Assembly: GCF_963676685.1 (NCBI RefSeq)
Contig: NC_092352.1
Span: 76,322,001-76,386,000 of the forward strand
Length of the DNA: 64,000 bases
Reading direction: 5' to 3'
DNA from: Mytilus edulis
Lineage: Eukaryota
The translations under genes and the position numbers were made by a program. Below are positions 51,894 to 64,000 of the stretch, one piece after another. The first letter of the stretch is position 1, and each line of letters opens with the position of its first letter. The notes under the pieces were generated by a model. The model ran no database searches and was not told where the DNA came from. It was given only the letters and a program-made list of their open reading frames with translations.

Positions 51894-53028
51894 CTGCTAA
51901 GAGCGTATAGCACCTAGTGTAAAAAGTGTATAACTTGCAAATTACATTTATCCAATATATTTCTTGATATTTTATGCATAAATATTAAGTAACGAATTGA
52001 AATTACATGTTAAAAAGTTTGGGTGCTGATTCTTTATCTTATGTTAAATAGCGATTTGGTCTACTTAAAAGAAAAGGTCAAAAATTTAGTATGTCTGAAA
52101 CTGTCAAACTGCATGAATTTAAGACCCCCTTAACATAGAATTGTCCATAATTTGAGTTAAAGCTGGTAGACTTTTCTATAATTTTGGTATCATTTGTCCC
52201 AATAGTAGGACACTACACTGTAAAAATCATTTGAGATAGAGCAGGTGCGATTTATTTTGAATTAAATTTAATGTATAAACGAAAATAACTGTTTTCTCAG
52301 ACAACTTTTAAAATTCAATCACAAACCCAAACATCACACAAACAAATTACACACAACATGCACATCCATATTTAGCGCATTACAGTATAAATACACTTAA
52401 AAGGTGTGAATATCACACGATATGTATTTCAGGTGAGTTTCCTGTGTAACTGAAATATCAAACATGGAAATAAATACAATTACAAACACATGTATTTATT
52501 TAAGATTTATCTAAGTTACTTTCTTTACACATGTTACAGTTATCAACAAACCTACTACTAATAAGAAAATAAAGGGATGTGGTTTGATGAAATAAAATAT
52601 TGAATCTGAATCAGCTGTTTAATAGATACCAAATGCCGATGCTGTTAACAATCTTAATGGAAAAAAACTGTTTTGGGGGATACACACTTCTATCTTTCAT
52701 TTCAATTGTCAATTTGATTCGGTGCTAAATGAATTATAGAGTTTATCTCTCACAAATATGCGTCGCTTTGTTAACTTACTTTGTGACAATAAGACCTAAG
52801 TTTTATACTCCTATCTTAAAATCTTTATATTGAAATCATTTACTTTGTCACAGATAGAATGAATTGGAGTATGGCACTATAAATGTTTATAGATAAAAAA
52901 TTTGATGCATATTAATCTTGCATTAAATATGAGAATGCTCAGTTACAAGATTTTCTAATTTCATTTAAATCAGAACACCACTCACGTACAGGAACTTCAT
53001 TATAAAAGTATCGTGATTGGCCGTTTGG

Positions 53029-54081
53029 TTACTTGGCAGTGCTCGAAATCACTAGAGAATCTCTTTGTCCTGCTCCACAACAAAGAATGTACTTAAAAGC
53101 TTTACGGAAAGACGAATTTTTCACTCCAAATATAATCCAGTTTAGTCCACTGTTAATTAATCCAAAGCATGCCAAACATTTCTTCGCCATTTCAAGATTA
53201 TCACTAGGTTCAAGGAAGAGAGTTTCAAAGACTAATGTGACACAATAAGGCCCCCAGCAAACTGCAAAAACTCCAAGTACTAATATCATCATTTTTGTTT
53301 TCTTAATATTGTTTTTCTTTACACGCACGTGCCGAAATGTGTCTTCTGTCATAGCAGACTTTTCTGATTGTATTGCATTGATCTGTGAAAATGCAATTTT
53401 AACAACTTTTACATACATTACAAAATTAGCAATGATCGAGCCGATGAAAAATAAAAAAATAAGCCCTTTATAGCTCTTCGGGTTTATGTACGTTGAATCG
53501 CAAGGTATTCCAGGATACCATGAATTCCAGCCCAATAGCGGAAGACAGGCAACAAAAATAGAAATAATCCAAGATGATGCCATCAATGATATCAACCATC
53601 TCCTTGTCGCACGACTGGCATGTTGTAAAGGATACATTATTGCAAGGTACCGTTCAATAGAAATCACTAGAAGGTTCAAAACCGAAGAGCCAAGAAACGA
53701 TGTTTCAAATGTGTACCGTAACAAGCAGGTATATTTATCATGTCTCATTGGAGCATTGAAAATGAAAAATAAATCATATGGTATCATCACCGTCCCAATT
53801 AACAAGTCCGATGTGGCTAAATTGGCAATCAACATGTTAATCCGGGTTCTCAGCCTCTTGAATTTGAATATACTTATCAAAATAAGAGTGTTTCCGAATA
53901 TTATAGGAAGGAATATTATAAGTTCAATGAATAGAAATACCAGTCCCAGATGAATATATTCCAAACGCCAGTGCATTATTGGTTTAGATATTTCGGTTGT
54001 CAAAGAAGATCCATTGTCCATTGAGATTGTCGTTGTTGTAATATTTAACGCATGTGCTGGTGCAATAGTAACATTGGCCAT
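53029..54081 (-). CDS. Intronless class A (rhodopsin-like) GPCR, adenosine/biogenic-amine receptor-like orphan, 350 aa
   Basis: Seven hydrophobic segments, TM1 GN, TM2 LATSD, TM3 ERY, TM4 W, TM6 CWGPY, N-terminal N-glycosylation sequons, C-terminal CC. Confidence 0.92.
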   Translation of the reverse strand: MANVTIAPAHALNITTTTISMDNGSSLTTEISKPIMHWRLEYIHLGLVFLFIELIIFLPIIFGNTLILISIFKFKRLRTRINMLIANLATSDLLIGTVMIPYDLFFIFNAPMRHDKYTCLLRYTFETSFLGSSVLNLLVISIERYLAIMYPLQHASRATRRWLISLMASSWIISIFVACLPLLGWNSWYPGIPCDSTYINPKSYKGLIFLFFIGSIIANFVMYVKVVKIAFSQINAIQSEKSAMTEDTFRHVRVKKNNIKKTKMMILVLGVFAVCWGPYCVTLVFETLFLEPSDNLEMAKKCLACFGLINSGLNWIIFGVKNSSFRKAFKYILCCGAGQRDSLVISSTAK

Positions 54082-56431
54082 TAGAGAAAGTAATTCGAAA
54101 GTATTTCCAATATTTGTATTATTATTTTCTTTCGCTCAGTTTTTCTTCATCTCTAAATTGATATTTCTATTGATAAACGCTAAAGTGAGCCATTTCAAAT
54201 CAACCTTTACAATAATATCCTTTCGCATTGGATCAGCATTCTATTATTTTTATTCACTTCGTGTTATTTGTAATTATATTCTCAATTTATCAATAACATC
54301 AGTATTTGGGGCAGATGCATTTATATTAACAAAAAGAACCTTAAGGCATTTTTTTTTATCATATAGGATAATTACTTTCAAGTCATATGCGTCATATTGT
54401 TATTGATAGAGTTTTCGTCCGATGTGATTAAGACTTAGTTATATATATTTCAGGCTATTGATTTCGGTATATTGCGTATCCTAAAGTAAAGTTGGCATTT
54501 AAAAATACAGCGGAAATGTTATTTAAGTCTTATTCTATAGTAGTATGAGGTTATCGAATAAGGAAATATTAATTTCTGTGTTCCTTTGTTTTTTCTGCAC
54601 ATTTTAACCATTCTTTTTTTATTTGTTAATTATCCCACGTTCGTTATATTTTAACACCACATCATTTTTTAAGTTTGTCCAATTCGTGTCTTTTCTTAAT
54701 TTATTTAATTTATTATTTTCTATTCTTTAAATCCTATCCGGACCCTCTATAAAAATAAATGTTTGATAACAATTGCAGTGCGCATGACAAGAGCTTTTCC
54801 GGAAAAAACTCGAAACAAAAATTTTGGAAAAGCAGTATCGACCAAGCAAAAGCTGTATTCAGTTTATTGCAAATATCATTTGCCATATTTTATGAGAATT
54901 TTATTTTATCTAGAATCTCAATTACTAACATATGATGTGCATATATGTGTACATACAAAAAAGGTGTAGCAAAGGCTAATCGGCTTGTTCATTTTAGACT
55001 TAAGAGGTTCACAATTTTAAATTTGGGAAGGGGTTGGTGAGCTATTTGCATTTTCGCGGACTAAATATTCATCGGCACCGCACAGACTGTTGTCTTCGAG
55101 ATTTTAATTCTTACGCTATATAACGCTTTTTCGACCTATTGTTTTAAAAAATCAGCGTGTGGTTGCAAATAATCTCAGTAGATGATTGGATAAGTGAAAA
55201 GGTCATTAACTTTATCAGCTCTCAGGACGACGGAATTAACAGGTGTTTAAGAATTTGACAACTTTTTAAAAGCGGAGTTAATTCCATATTCAGATATTAA
55301 GCTGGTGATACCCTCAAGGAGTTAAAACATCTAATTGAAAAATCCGAGTATTAATCAGGATAACACTATCAAAATGAACTTTTCCTATTGAAGTGATATC
55401 TTAACCGAAGATCTCTTAGTTGATACCATATTCCCGAGCTGTCTTGGTATAACACCATTGCCTTGTCATGGACTGTAGCTTTCAATATAGCTACTGAACA
55501 ACGGATTTCTAATGGTCAATTTGTTGTGATCTCTCGCAATGTTAACTAACGTCGCCATTATTTGGTTGGAATATTTGAGTATCAGATTACCACAGATATT
55601 ATACCATGCTATTTTCCTCAATTGAAGGCGAATTATCATCAAATTTATCCTTGCATGAACACATGATGGGTGCAACTTATGGAGTTTAACATTCGAAAGC
55701 TTTTGAGATTAGTCCCGATTCCTGATAAGACTCTAGTTACTCGGTCGTCAGGTGGGAAGTGGTTTGATGTGTCTTTTTTTTTTTTTATTAAAGATTAATG
55801 GTTCATGATTAAAAATATCGTAAAAACAATCTAATAAAACTTATAATATTTGAATTTAAGAATTTGCCGCTTTAGAATCTGAAGCTTTAAATTATTAAAA
55901 GTCAAATATATATTGCTGTTACATCGTGTACATATAAAAAAAACTGGTGTCTGAGTAATTCAATTTTTTTTTAAAGTCTGATATACTTTTTTTGTTATTC
56001 GTATTGTTTCTTTTGCTGGTACAAATCACTAAAATACTGAACTCCGATAAAAATTCAAAACATAAAGTTTCTTATCAAATGGCAAAATCAAACACACCAA
56101 CAGAATGGATAGCAAAGCGTAAGTCTGTTCAAACGAAACTTATTTTTATAAATGCACAATATATGCAGTTATAATAGAAGTGTAATTGACAAGAATGAAA
56201 TGTTTAATCATCTAATGGACTACTGCGAAGATATAAAATCTAATAGCTTTAAGGAAACTATAGATTGAGATGCAACCATACATTACTGTTAGATGAATTA
56301 TATTATTGTAGATAGTAATCTAATATATAATTATACTACTTCTATATAGTAAGTACTATTTACAAAGTATACAATCATGGTTTTTATTTTCGTATCTGCT
56401 TGCTTGGTCTTACTTGAAATGGGGAAGTTTT

Positions 56432-56736
56432 GCGTTCGATCTCCTTCCATGTCAAACGTAAGAATTTTAAAACGTAGGTCAAAAGTTCGATATCTTTCAA
56501 AGTCAAACGAGGGACTTTAAACAAATGTAATTAGGTCTATGGTTCAATCTCCTTCCGGTTTAAACCAAATAATTTTAAAACTAAGCTCTAAGGTTCAATC
56601 TCCTTCCAGGTCAAATGAAGAATTCTAAAACTAAGCTGAGCCTCGTAGGTTTGGTCTCCGTCAAGGACAAACGAAAGAATTTTAAAGCTAAGTTCTTAGG
56701 TTCGAACTAATTTGAAATTCAAGGAAAACGAAAGAA
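56432..56736 (+). repeat. Degenerate tandem array, ~6 units of ~50-56 bp
   Basis: Recurring GGTTC(G/A)ATCTCCTTCC..GTCAAAC..AAGAATTTTAAAAC. Confidence 0.75.
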
Positions 56737-57924
56737 CATAATAATGTGTTGGTTCTCCAACGATAAAGAGATGTGTTGACACAAAATAAAAGATAGATAA
56801 AAATACTTCATTATTGCAAAATTCTTAGTTTTAGTAAATACTTTTCAAGAAATATCATTATTATAGTGTTATTGATCATGTTGATGATATCAAAAAATAC
56901 AAAAAATGGCTATCCTTATTTGAAAAATATTTTGTTAAAGATTTTCATTACAAAATTTTACATGAATGAGTGATACGTTAAATCTGATAAGTTCAGAACA
57001 AAGTAAGCGTTAAATTACAGAAAAATATAATAGTAAAATCTGTTTTATGAGTTTTAAATGATAAACGTTTTTAGGAAAATTCCCATTATAGTTTGAGAAT
57101 ACAGAAATGAAGGTTGCTATAACATCCCCCCCCCCCCTCAAACAGGCAAACAAGATCCTTTCAAAACATTGCCGATACGTTGAGTGCAGAAACAGTTATC
57201 CAATATTGTGTGGGGTTTTATGCTTCTAAATCTAGTTTAAGCTTAGACATTTACCTGTGATAATATAAACGTCACAAAAAAAAAGTTTTATGACATTGAT
57301 CTATTAATGTGACGCACAGTTTATATTTTGTTTGTGGTATTCTTGTGTTTCGTAAATTATTGGGAGGTGTCCATTGTTATTCTGAGGTTTAAACGTTTTA
57401 GTGCACTATTATATAATTCATTTATATATTTTATTGTACTCATTGTTCTTGCGTTTGTTTTTACTGTATTCCTTTTACGAAGTGTTGTCATTTTAGAAGT
57501 ATTTATTTTAAACATTTTCATATAAGCGGGAGGTTTGGCTAGCCATAAAACCAGGTCCAAACGACCATTTTTTTTTTAAACGGCCGGTACCAATTAAGTC
57601 AGTTGTATTCTACAGTCCGTTTCTGTGCATGGTGGCGTTTGCTTTTGTTGTAGTTCAGTTTTTCTGTTGTTCCATTGGTTTCCTTTTATATTTGATGTCT
57701 TTCTCTTGGTTTTATTTTTTTTACCCAGATTTGTTGTGCTTAATCGAATAATGACTATTGAACAGCGATATACTAATATTTCCTTTATTTGTGGCAGTTT
57801 ACAACTTTTTTACGTATTCCTCTGTTAACCTTTTCCCCCTCTTGAAATATTGCTTTAAACGTCATATCTTACAATATGACATTTCGATAATAACGCAGTC
57901 ACACTCTGTATGACTTAAATAGTT

Positions 57925-60900
57925 TTAGAAACTTTCAAAGTGCAAGATAGTTTCATATATATCGTGATGCTGACATACAGAGGCAATATCCAATGGTGAT
58001 AATCCTAAACTATTACATATTGAAGGATCTGCACCAAAATTTAATAATGCCTCGACAATTTCACATTTACCAGAACCAGCAGCTCGATGCAATGCACCGC
58101 TACCAATGGTGTTTGCACTATTAGGGTCTGCATTATGTTCTAAAAGTAACAAAACAATTTCAAAATATCCATAGAATGATGCTTCAGACAACGGGGAATT
58201 ACCTTCATTGTCATATTTGTTTACGTCAGCATTATTAAGAAGCAAAGTTTCTACAACTTTTAAGTTTCCTGCACGTCCTGCACGAAATAATGGTGTTTCT
58301 CCTAACTTGTTTGAAGAATCGATTTCGGCTTTGTTCTTTATTAAAATCTTCACAGACTCTTCTCTTCCATAGAAAGCTGCTTCCGAAAGGCAAGAATTTC
58401 CATGGATATTACAAACGTTTGGATCGGATTTATGTGCAAGTAATAACTCAACAACCTTTGGATTTGTACTTCTGACTGCTATATGCAATGCTGTTTCATT
58501 GTTATCATTAACACTGCTGATATCAGCACCATTTTCAAGTAAATATTTCACTAAAGAAGCACGACCAAAATATGAAGCAATTGACAAAGGAGTGTGCAAG
58601 TGTTTACTGCACTGGTTGATGTTCGCTCCAAATCTTACTAAAACGCTCGTTATATCGACGTTATTTATTGAGGTAGCCAGTAGTAAAGGATAGTTGTCAT
58701 CTTGGTCACTAACATTTGGATCCGAACCATACTCTAATAAAACTCGAACGACATCTGTGTGACCTCTTTCTACTGCCTCACAAAGACAATAACGCCCATT
58801 TAGTAACTCTTTAAAGTTTGCATGATGGTCAAGGAGCATCTTGACAGTTCCTAACTGTCCACGTGAAACGGCTTCAAATAGTGGAGAGACACCAAAGTTC
58901 TTTTGCAAAATATTTGGATCCGCTTTCTGTTGAAGTAAAAGATCAACAATGTCAGTGCTTCCATTTCGACAAGCAACATACAGTGAAGTCCAACCATTAT
59001 TGTTTTGTAAATTTACGTCTGCATTGAAGTCGCATAACACTTTGACAACATCAGGAAACCTATTATATGATGCCCAATATAGTGGAAATACTCCTGCAAG
59101 ACTACGTTTGTTCGGGTCAGCACCATATGTTAATAACATCTGGCAAAGAGCTTTTTTTCCCATTCCGGCTGCAACGCATAAAGGGGTAAACCCTTGCTGA
59201 TCGGCAATATTTGCATCGGCTTTTGCCTTAAGCAAGATCGATAATGTTGACGTGTATTCATTTTCGATTGCTATACTGACCATACTGCGCCCAATCACAT
59301 CCCGGATGTTAACATTCATTTTAAAGTCTATCAACATTTTTACAATTTCGTCATAACCGGAAGTGACAGCTATAACTAAAGGGGATCTTCTATCTGATTC
59401 ATCGAACTGTCGTAGTCTTTTCACGATGTCTAACTTGTTAGTATAACAATATGAAGTAAATTTCTTTCGATATATTTCGAACGCAAGCTGTCTGTTATCG
59501 AATGCCTTGTCAACATGTCGAAGTATCCTTTTAAAGTACTCACACTCTTTCTCTATGGGAACTGGTATATAACATCCGTTGTTATCTGCTTCTAGGGATT
59601 CAAACTGATAACGTTCAGATACAAACTCTATATTACCATATTGGAGTATAAAATCAAACATTTCAGTACCAACAAAGACAGCTAAAATATCAAACAATTT
59701 GTCGTGTAGCGCTTTATACTTGTTTTCATCATGTATGACGTATGACCCTAAAAACATTTCCAATTGACGTTTTAATGTCTTTCTTGACGGCACGCAATTC
59801 ATTTCACATTCCTCGAATAAAAGCTGTAGAAGTTGTTTATCTTCGTCAGATAAGATAGAGGAAAGCCAATTGTCTTCAATGGCGTTGTTGTAAAGGACCA
59901 GAAGTGCTAAAGAACAAAATGACATTTTGTCATTTTGTAATTGTAACTGTGTTAAGTTTTCTTCTATTGCATGAACGGGCCTAGTGAAAAAGTCTTTAAT
60001 GTTATGCTGTCGATGTTCGGGGTATAACTTACACAACAGAGGAAAAAAGTCATAACGTGAAGAAGGTAAAATGTCTTTAACGATATCTGCCTCGGGGTTT
60101 GACAAATACACGCTTGCTATCTTACCTAAATCTTCGGTTGACAATGCAAGATTTGGAGACGACAAATCGCATACAGATGATGTCAACAGCTTTAATTTCT
60201 GAAAACCTTGACTTCTAAATATGTTTGTTCTGCATGACAATAGTATTTTGGTGTGACGAGCACGTAAGATACTTTCAATATCGTCCTTGTATATTTCCCA
60301 CGACTCAGCAAGCTGAGTACTCAAAGAGTATTTACCGCATACATCATCGATAATAAACACCTGACTTTGATCCGGGTTGTTGTAATTCATAATATCTAGG
60401 GGAAAATGAACGGGTACTATTTCGCAATTTTCCCCTTGATGTAGACACATAGCTACGTGATGAATCAAAGATGATTTTCCAATTCCGGGGTTTCCAATTA
60501 CAGTAACAATGCTATTCTCACTTATTGCACCAAGTAGAAATTTTGCAGCCTTTGTTTCGACGAATAATTTATTTTCTGTCTTCCATGTTTCTACTTTCAA
60601 CTTCATTATTTCTGAAAAATAAATATGTATTGATAATATCAATTAAACTGCAGTGTAATTAGATACACAAAATTTAATTGAAAAAAAAACAAAATAGCTT
60701 GAGAGAAACATTGACAAAGGGTTTTATTGTTACGAAGCTTTTTTATAACATATTTTTCTATCATAATGAAAGAAGTCACACGAGGAACAATATATTTACT
60801 TTTTAGTATTAAGGCTACCAGTATAGCAACACTCATTGTGAACTTTAAAAAAAACCAAAAGAATGTTCAATCTCCATAACACTGTGTAAAACCACCGGAA

Positions 60901-62832
60901 ATAAGTCTAATCGAATCAAAAATATCTAAAACTTCCTGAGAAGTACATAAAAAAAAAATGCGACGAAAGATCGTCTATAAACGTATCAATGAAATAATGC
61001 TTAATGGATTTTTTTTTAATTCTACCTTTAACATTGATCGGAATTGGGTTTTTCAGACTGTTTACAACTTCATTAAGGTTTTGTATTTCTTGGGTATTCT
61101 GTCGTATTTCCAGTAACAACTCTTTATCATGTTGGTTGAGACTGGCTACTTTGATATCACAGCATTCTTGAACGAATGACTGACCACCTAAACGAACAAT
61201 AGCCTGCATGAAAATATAATTAAACTTTATGATAAATAAATACTTTTATATTCAATGTCCAATTCTGATGTGACTCTGAATGACTAAAATGTGATATAAT
61301 ATGCATTAAATGGATCAAATTGATTTTAATTGTCAAAATTATAAAAGATAACTTTTAACATTGTCATAAAGCGGGAGGTTTGGCTAGCTATTAATAAAAT
61401 TGAGAAAGGAAATGGGGAATGTGTCACAGCGACAACAACCCGACCATATTAAACCAAGCTCAACCCACCATTTGTTTCTTATACTGTCCTGTACCAATTC
61501 ATGAATCTGGTGACAGTTGTTATCAAAGAGTTCGTGTCTATGTTTGTTGGCGTTTCGGTTCCTTGCACTTCAGTGTTCCTGTAGTTCCTTTGTTTTCCTC
61601 TTATAGTGTTTCCCTAGGTTTTAGTTTGTAATCTGGATTTGTTTTCTCTCAATAGATTTATGGTTTTTGAACATCGGTATACTACTAGTGCCTTAATTAA
61701 AGCTCTTCATCTTTTATATAAGCTTTGGATTTCAAATATTTTGGCCACGAGCATCACTGAAGAGACATGTATTGTCGAAATGCGCATCTGGTGCAAGAAA
61801 ATTAGTACCGTTAATTTTATTATTTTAACGCACAGTGGAACATGGTTATGTTTAATAATTATAAATTATAACTTTGTATCAGACTGACCGCCTGTACCAC
61901 ATTTGTAATATATATTTATAAAATAGTTGTTTGCACGGTAGCAGTCCAAAGAGACCTATGTTATCCTATCCTTACAGAACTCAGATACGACAAATATTTG
62001 ATCTTTCTCCTAAATACGTGTGCTTAGAAGACAGAGAAGCAGCAATACTAATTTTGAAGTCTTGGATTGGACACAGTCGTTGGTCGAACACATGACCTCT
62101 CGTACTTGGATGTTTGATTAGATCATAATTAATCATAAAACCACATGCTGCTTAAACGTATTAAATAAATACACAAATGCATTGTGTATCAATGCTCTTA
62201 AACTTCATACCTTATTTGGTCTATTTATCGTTTTTGATTAGAGCATAATAAATGGGTTTTATGAAGACGAAACTCACGTCTTTTGTACAAATTCATTGTA
62301 TCTGCGATGAGGTTATTAACCAAGGGAGAATATGATATATAGAAATCCTTATTTCAGTTGAAAGAAAATAACTGAAAATAGGCTTTGTGAAAACTGCAAG
62401 ATATCTATTGAATAAAATATATTTTTAGCAAAATTATAAAGATTGAAAACTAAAAATTTTGCTACTGCAAATAAATTATACATACCAAGACATTACTTAC
62501 TGGCCAAATGGTAAAACAGTGGTGGGATTCTTTTACAAAATAGTGATTTTATCGTAGGTCTGTTTTACACAAACTTTAAGAAACATATCTATGACAAGAA
62601 GAACTTACATTTGAAAGATTATCCCAAGTTTCATTGAAATCTTGTTGCGATATTTTTCCATCTTCAGAATGCGAAATCTGATTTCTGAAATGTTTTATTC
62701 TAGAAACGTCAGCACCAGGAGACGTGTCAGTCTTACTTGGCATTGTGTCTTTAATAGACAAAGATGTTAAATTCCTCAGTAAACATGCCATGAGTGTTAT
62801 GTCGAACTCGCTTGAAGTTATTTGAGAAGTCC
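57925..62832 (-). CDS. DZIP3-like HEPN + STAND (nSTAND3-like) NTPase + ankyrin-repeat protein, 5'-incomplete; exons 62832-62609, 61203-61026, 60611-57925
   Basis: Phase-compatible GT-AG introns. FDITLMACLLRNL...RIKHFRNQISHS (RxxxxH), a short coiled coil, Walker A GNPGIGKS, Walker B VFIIDD, then ~14-15 ankyrin repeats. The first exon was not found in the window. Confidence 0.88.
61751..61794 (+). ncRNA. Minimal type I hammerhead ribozyme, second sequence family (antisense within an intron of the STAND gene)
   Basis: GCATCA-CTGAAGA-GAC atgtatt GTC-GAAA-TGCGCA-TC-TGGTGC: all three stems pair, with compensatory changes relative to the 8415 copy. Confidence 0.85.
61925..62107 (-). mobile_element. 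Degenerate tRNA-derived SINE fragment
   Basis: Minus strand reads GTGTTCGACC (B-box-like) ... CCAAGACTTCAAAATTAGTATTGCTGCTTCTCT...CTAAGCACACG, resembling bivalve SINE heads (recalled, not searched). Confidence 0.4.
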
Positions 62833-64000
62833 CTGAAAATATAGCATTCATATATATCTATTACATATTAAACTAATAAATGACCTCTATTCAGACAACT
62901 AAATTTATTCTGCGCTACCATATGTACAGTATATTTCGTAACTGTGAAAAGGGATTAATATAAGTTGAAAAACTTGTTTCCCAATCCACTATAAATAAAT
63001 ATGTTTAAACTAATTTCGTAACTTAGAAAGATACATTGATTTCAGGGTGTCTTTTTCGTTATTCTTCTCAGCTAATTCAAACAATGACACACCACAAAGT
63101 TTACTAAATGAGACATATTTGGTTTGTACAATCTCCCAGGTGTTTAAAACAATAACGGGTTTTTTTTTCAAACAAAATTGGTCCTAGACCAGCAACATTT
63201 AACCTAAGTATGATAAACGAAATATAAAGCAAAAAAAACTAAGACGTACAAAGGAATGGTATGAGACTGTCATACAAGTGAGAGATTACGCTAGCTATAA
63301 AACCAGCCTGAGGTTTAAATCACCATTTTCTACATACTATAATGCCTTTCCTCGTCTGATGTGTTTGAGCTTTAGATTTTGACATTTGATTATGAACTTT
63401 CCTTTTCAAATTTTCCACGGAGTTTGGTATTTTTGTGATTTTACTGTTCCCGTACTTTATCACTTATTAGGTGATACACTGCATTTTGAGAAGAATAAAA
63501 CTCATTTTCTTAAATAATATTAACTCATCATAAATGCCAGGCTTCCACTTTTGTATGCCATTCTCGTATTTCGTCTGCAAGATCCATCAGTGACGCCGTT
63601 CGAAAAAAAAACTTAAGATCGAAGTTAAAGATAATTGGGAACCGACATTCCCGAATAGTTTTGACAAATACAGCTAATTAAGGTAGTCGTTTGCTGGGGA
63701 AGAAAATCTATAGTATTTCGAAAAATGAAACTTTTGTGAACTGTTAATTTTTAATGTGTACCATATCTGTATTCAATGATAATTTAAGTCAACAATAGTG
63801 CTGTCTACTGTTTATGTATATATAAATCATATTGTGTGCTAAATTAACTACCTTAAGAGTAAACTGAAGTAAACAGTTCTAAAACAACTTATCAATTTCA
63901 CTTGTTTAAATCATTTTCAACACGCCTTTATTCTCTTAATAGTACATTGTTTGCTATTACATGTATGTTCAAATTCATAAAAGTGAATGAAAAAAAAAAT

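Noticed and set aside
53033-59200. Plus-strand ORFs antisense to the GPCR and ankyrin exons
   Set aside because: These are shadow frames of real minus-strand coding sequence.
62833-64000. First coding exon of the HEPN-STAND-ankyrin gene
   Set aside because: No convincing ATG-bearing exon with a phase-1 donor was found; the region is mostly repeat fragments, so the exon probably lies beyond the window.

Overview
AT-rich eukaryotic (animal) genomic DNA with spliceosomal introns; the gene and repeat families suggest a bivalve mollusc, probably a mytilid mussel (inference). About 1-49 kb is a tandem cluster of eight + strand copies of a three-exon secreted-protein gene: signal peptide, KRLL(L/I)(N/S)DPD motif, coiled coil, then a Cys-rich spongin short-chain collagen / C4 (NC1)-like domain with no Gly-X-Y repeat. 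Four copies are intact, one has a single 1-bp frameshift, and three are broken or partial. The copies are mosaics of three exon-1 types and three exon-2/3 types. The right end carries an intronless class A GPCR (-) and a 5'-incomplete gene (-) encoding a DZIP3-like HEPN domain with an RxxxxH motif, a STAND (nSTAND3-like) NTPase and about 14-15 ankyrin repeats. Non-coding DNA is dense in mobile elements. These include a dispersed and tandem repeat carrying minimal type I hammerhead ribozymes (retrozyme/Penelope type), a 2-kb CAC-terminated element with ~495-bp TIRs and a 5-bp TSD, MITEs with TAA, TTAA or TA target duplications, LINE/Penelope fragments and a 45-bp minisatellite. All coordinates were read by eye; exon boundaries are inferred from GT/AG sites and paralog alignment, not from transcripts.
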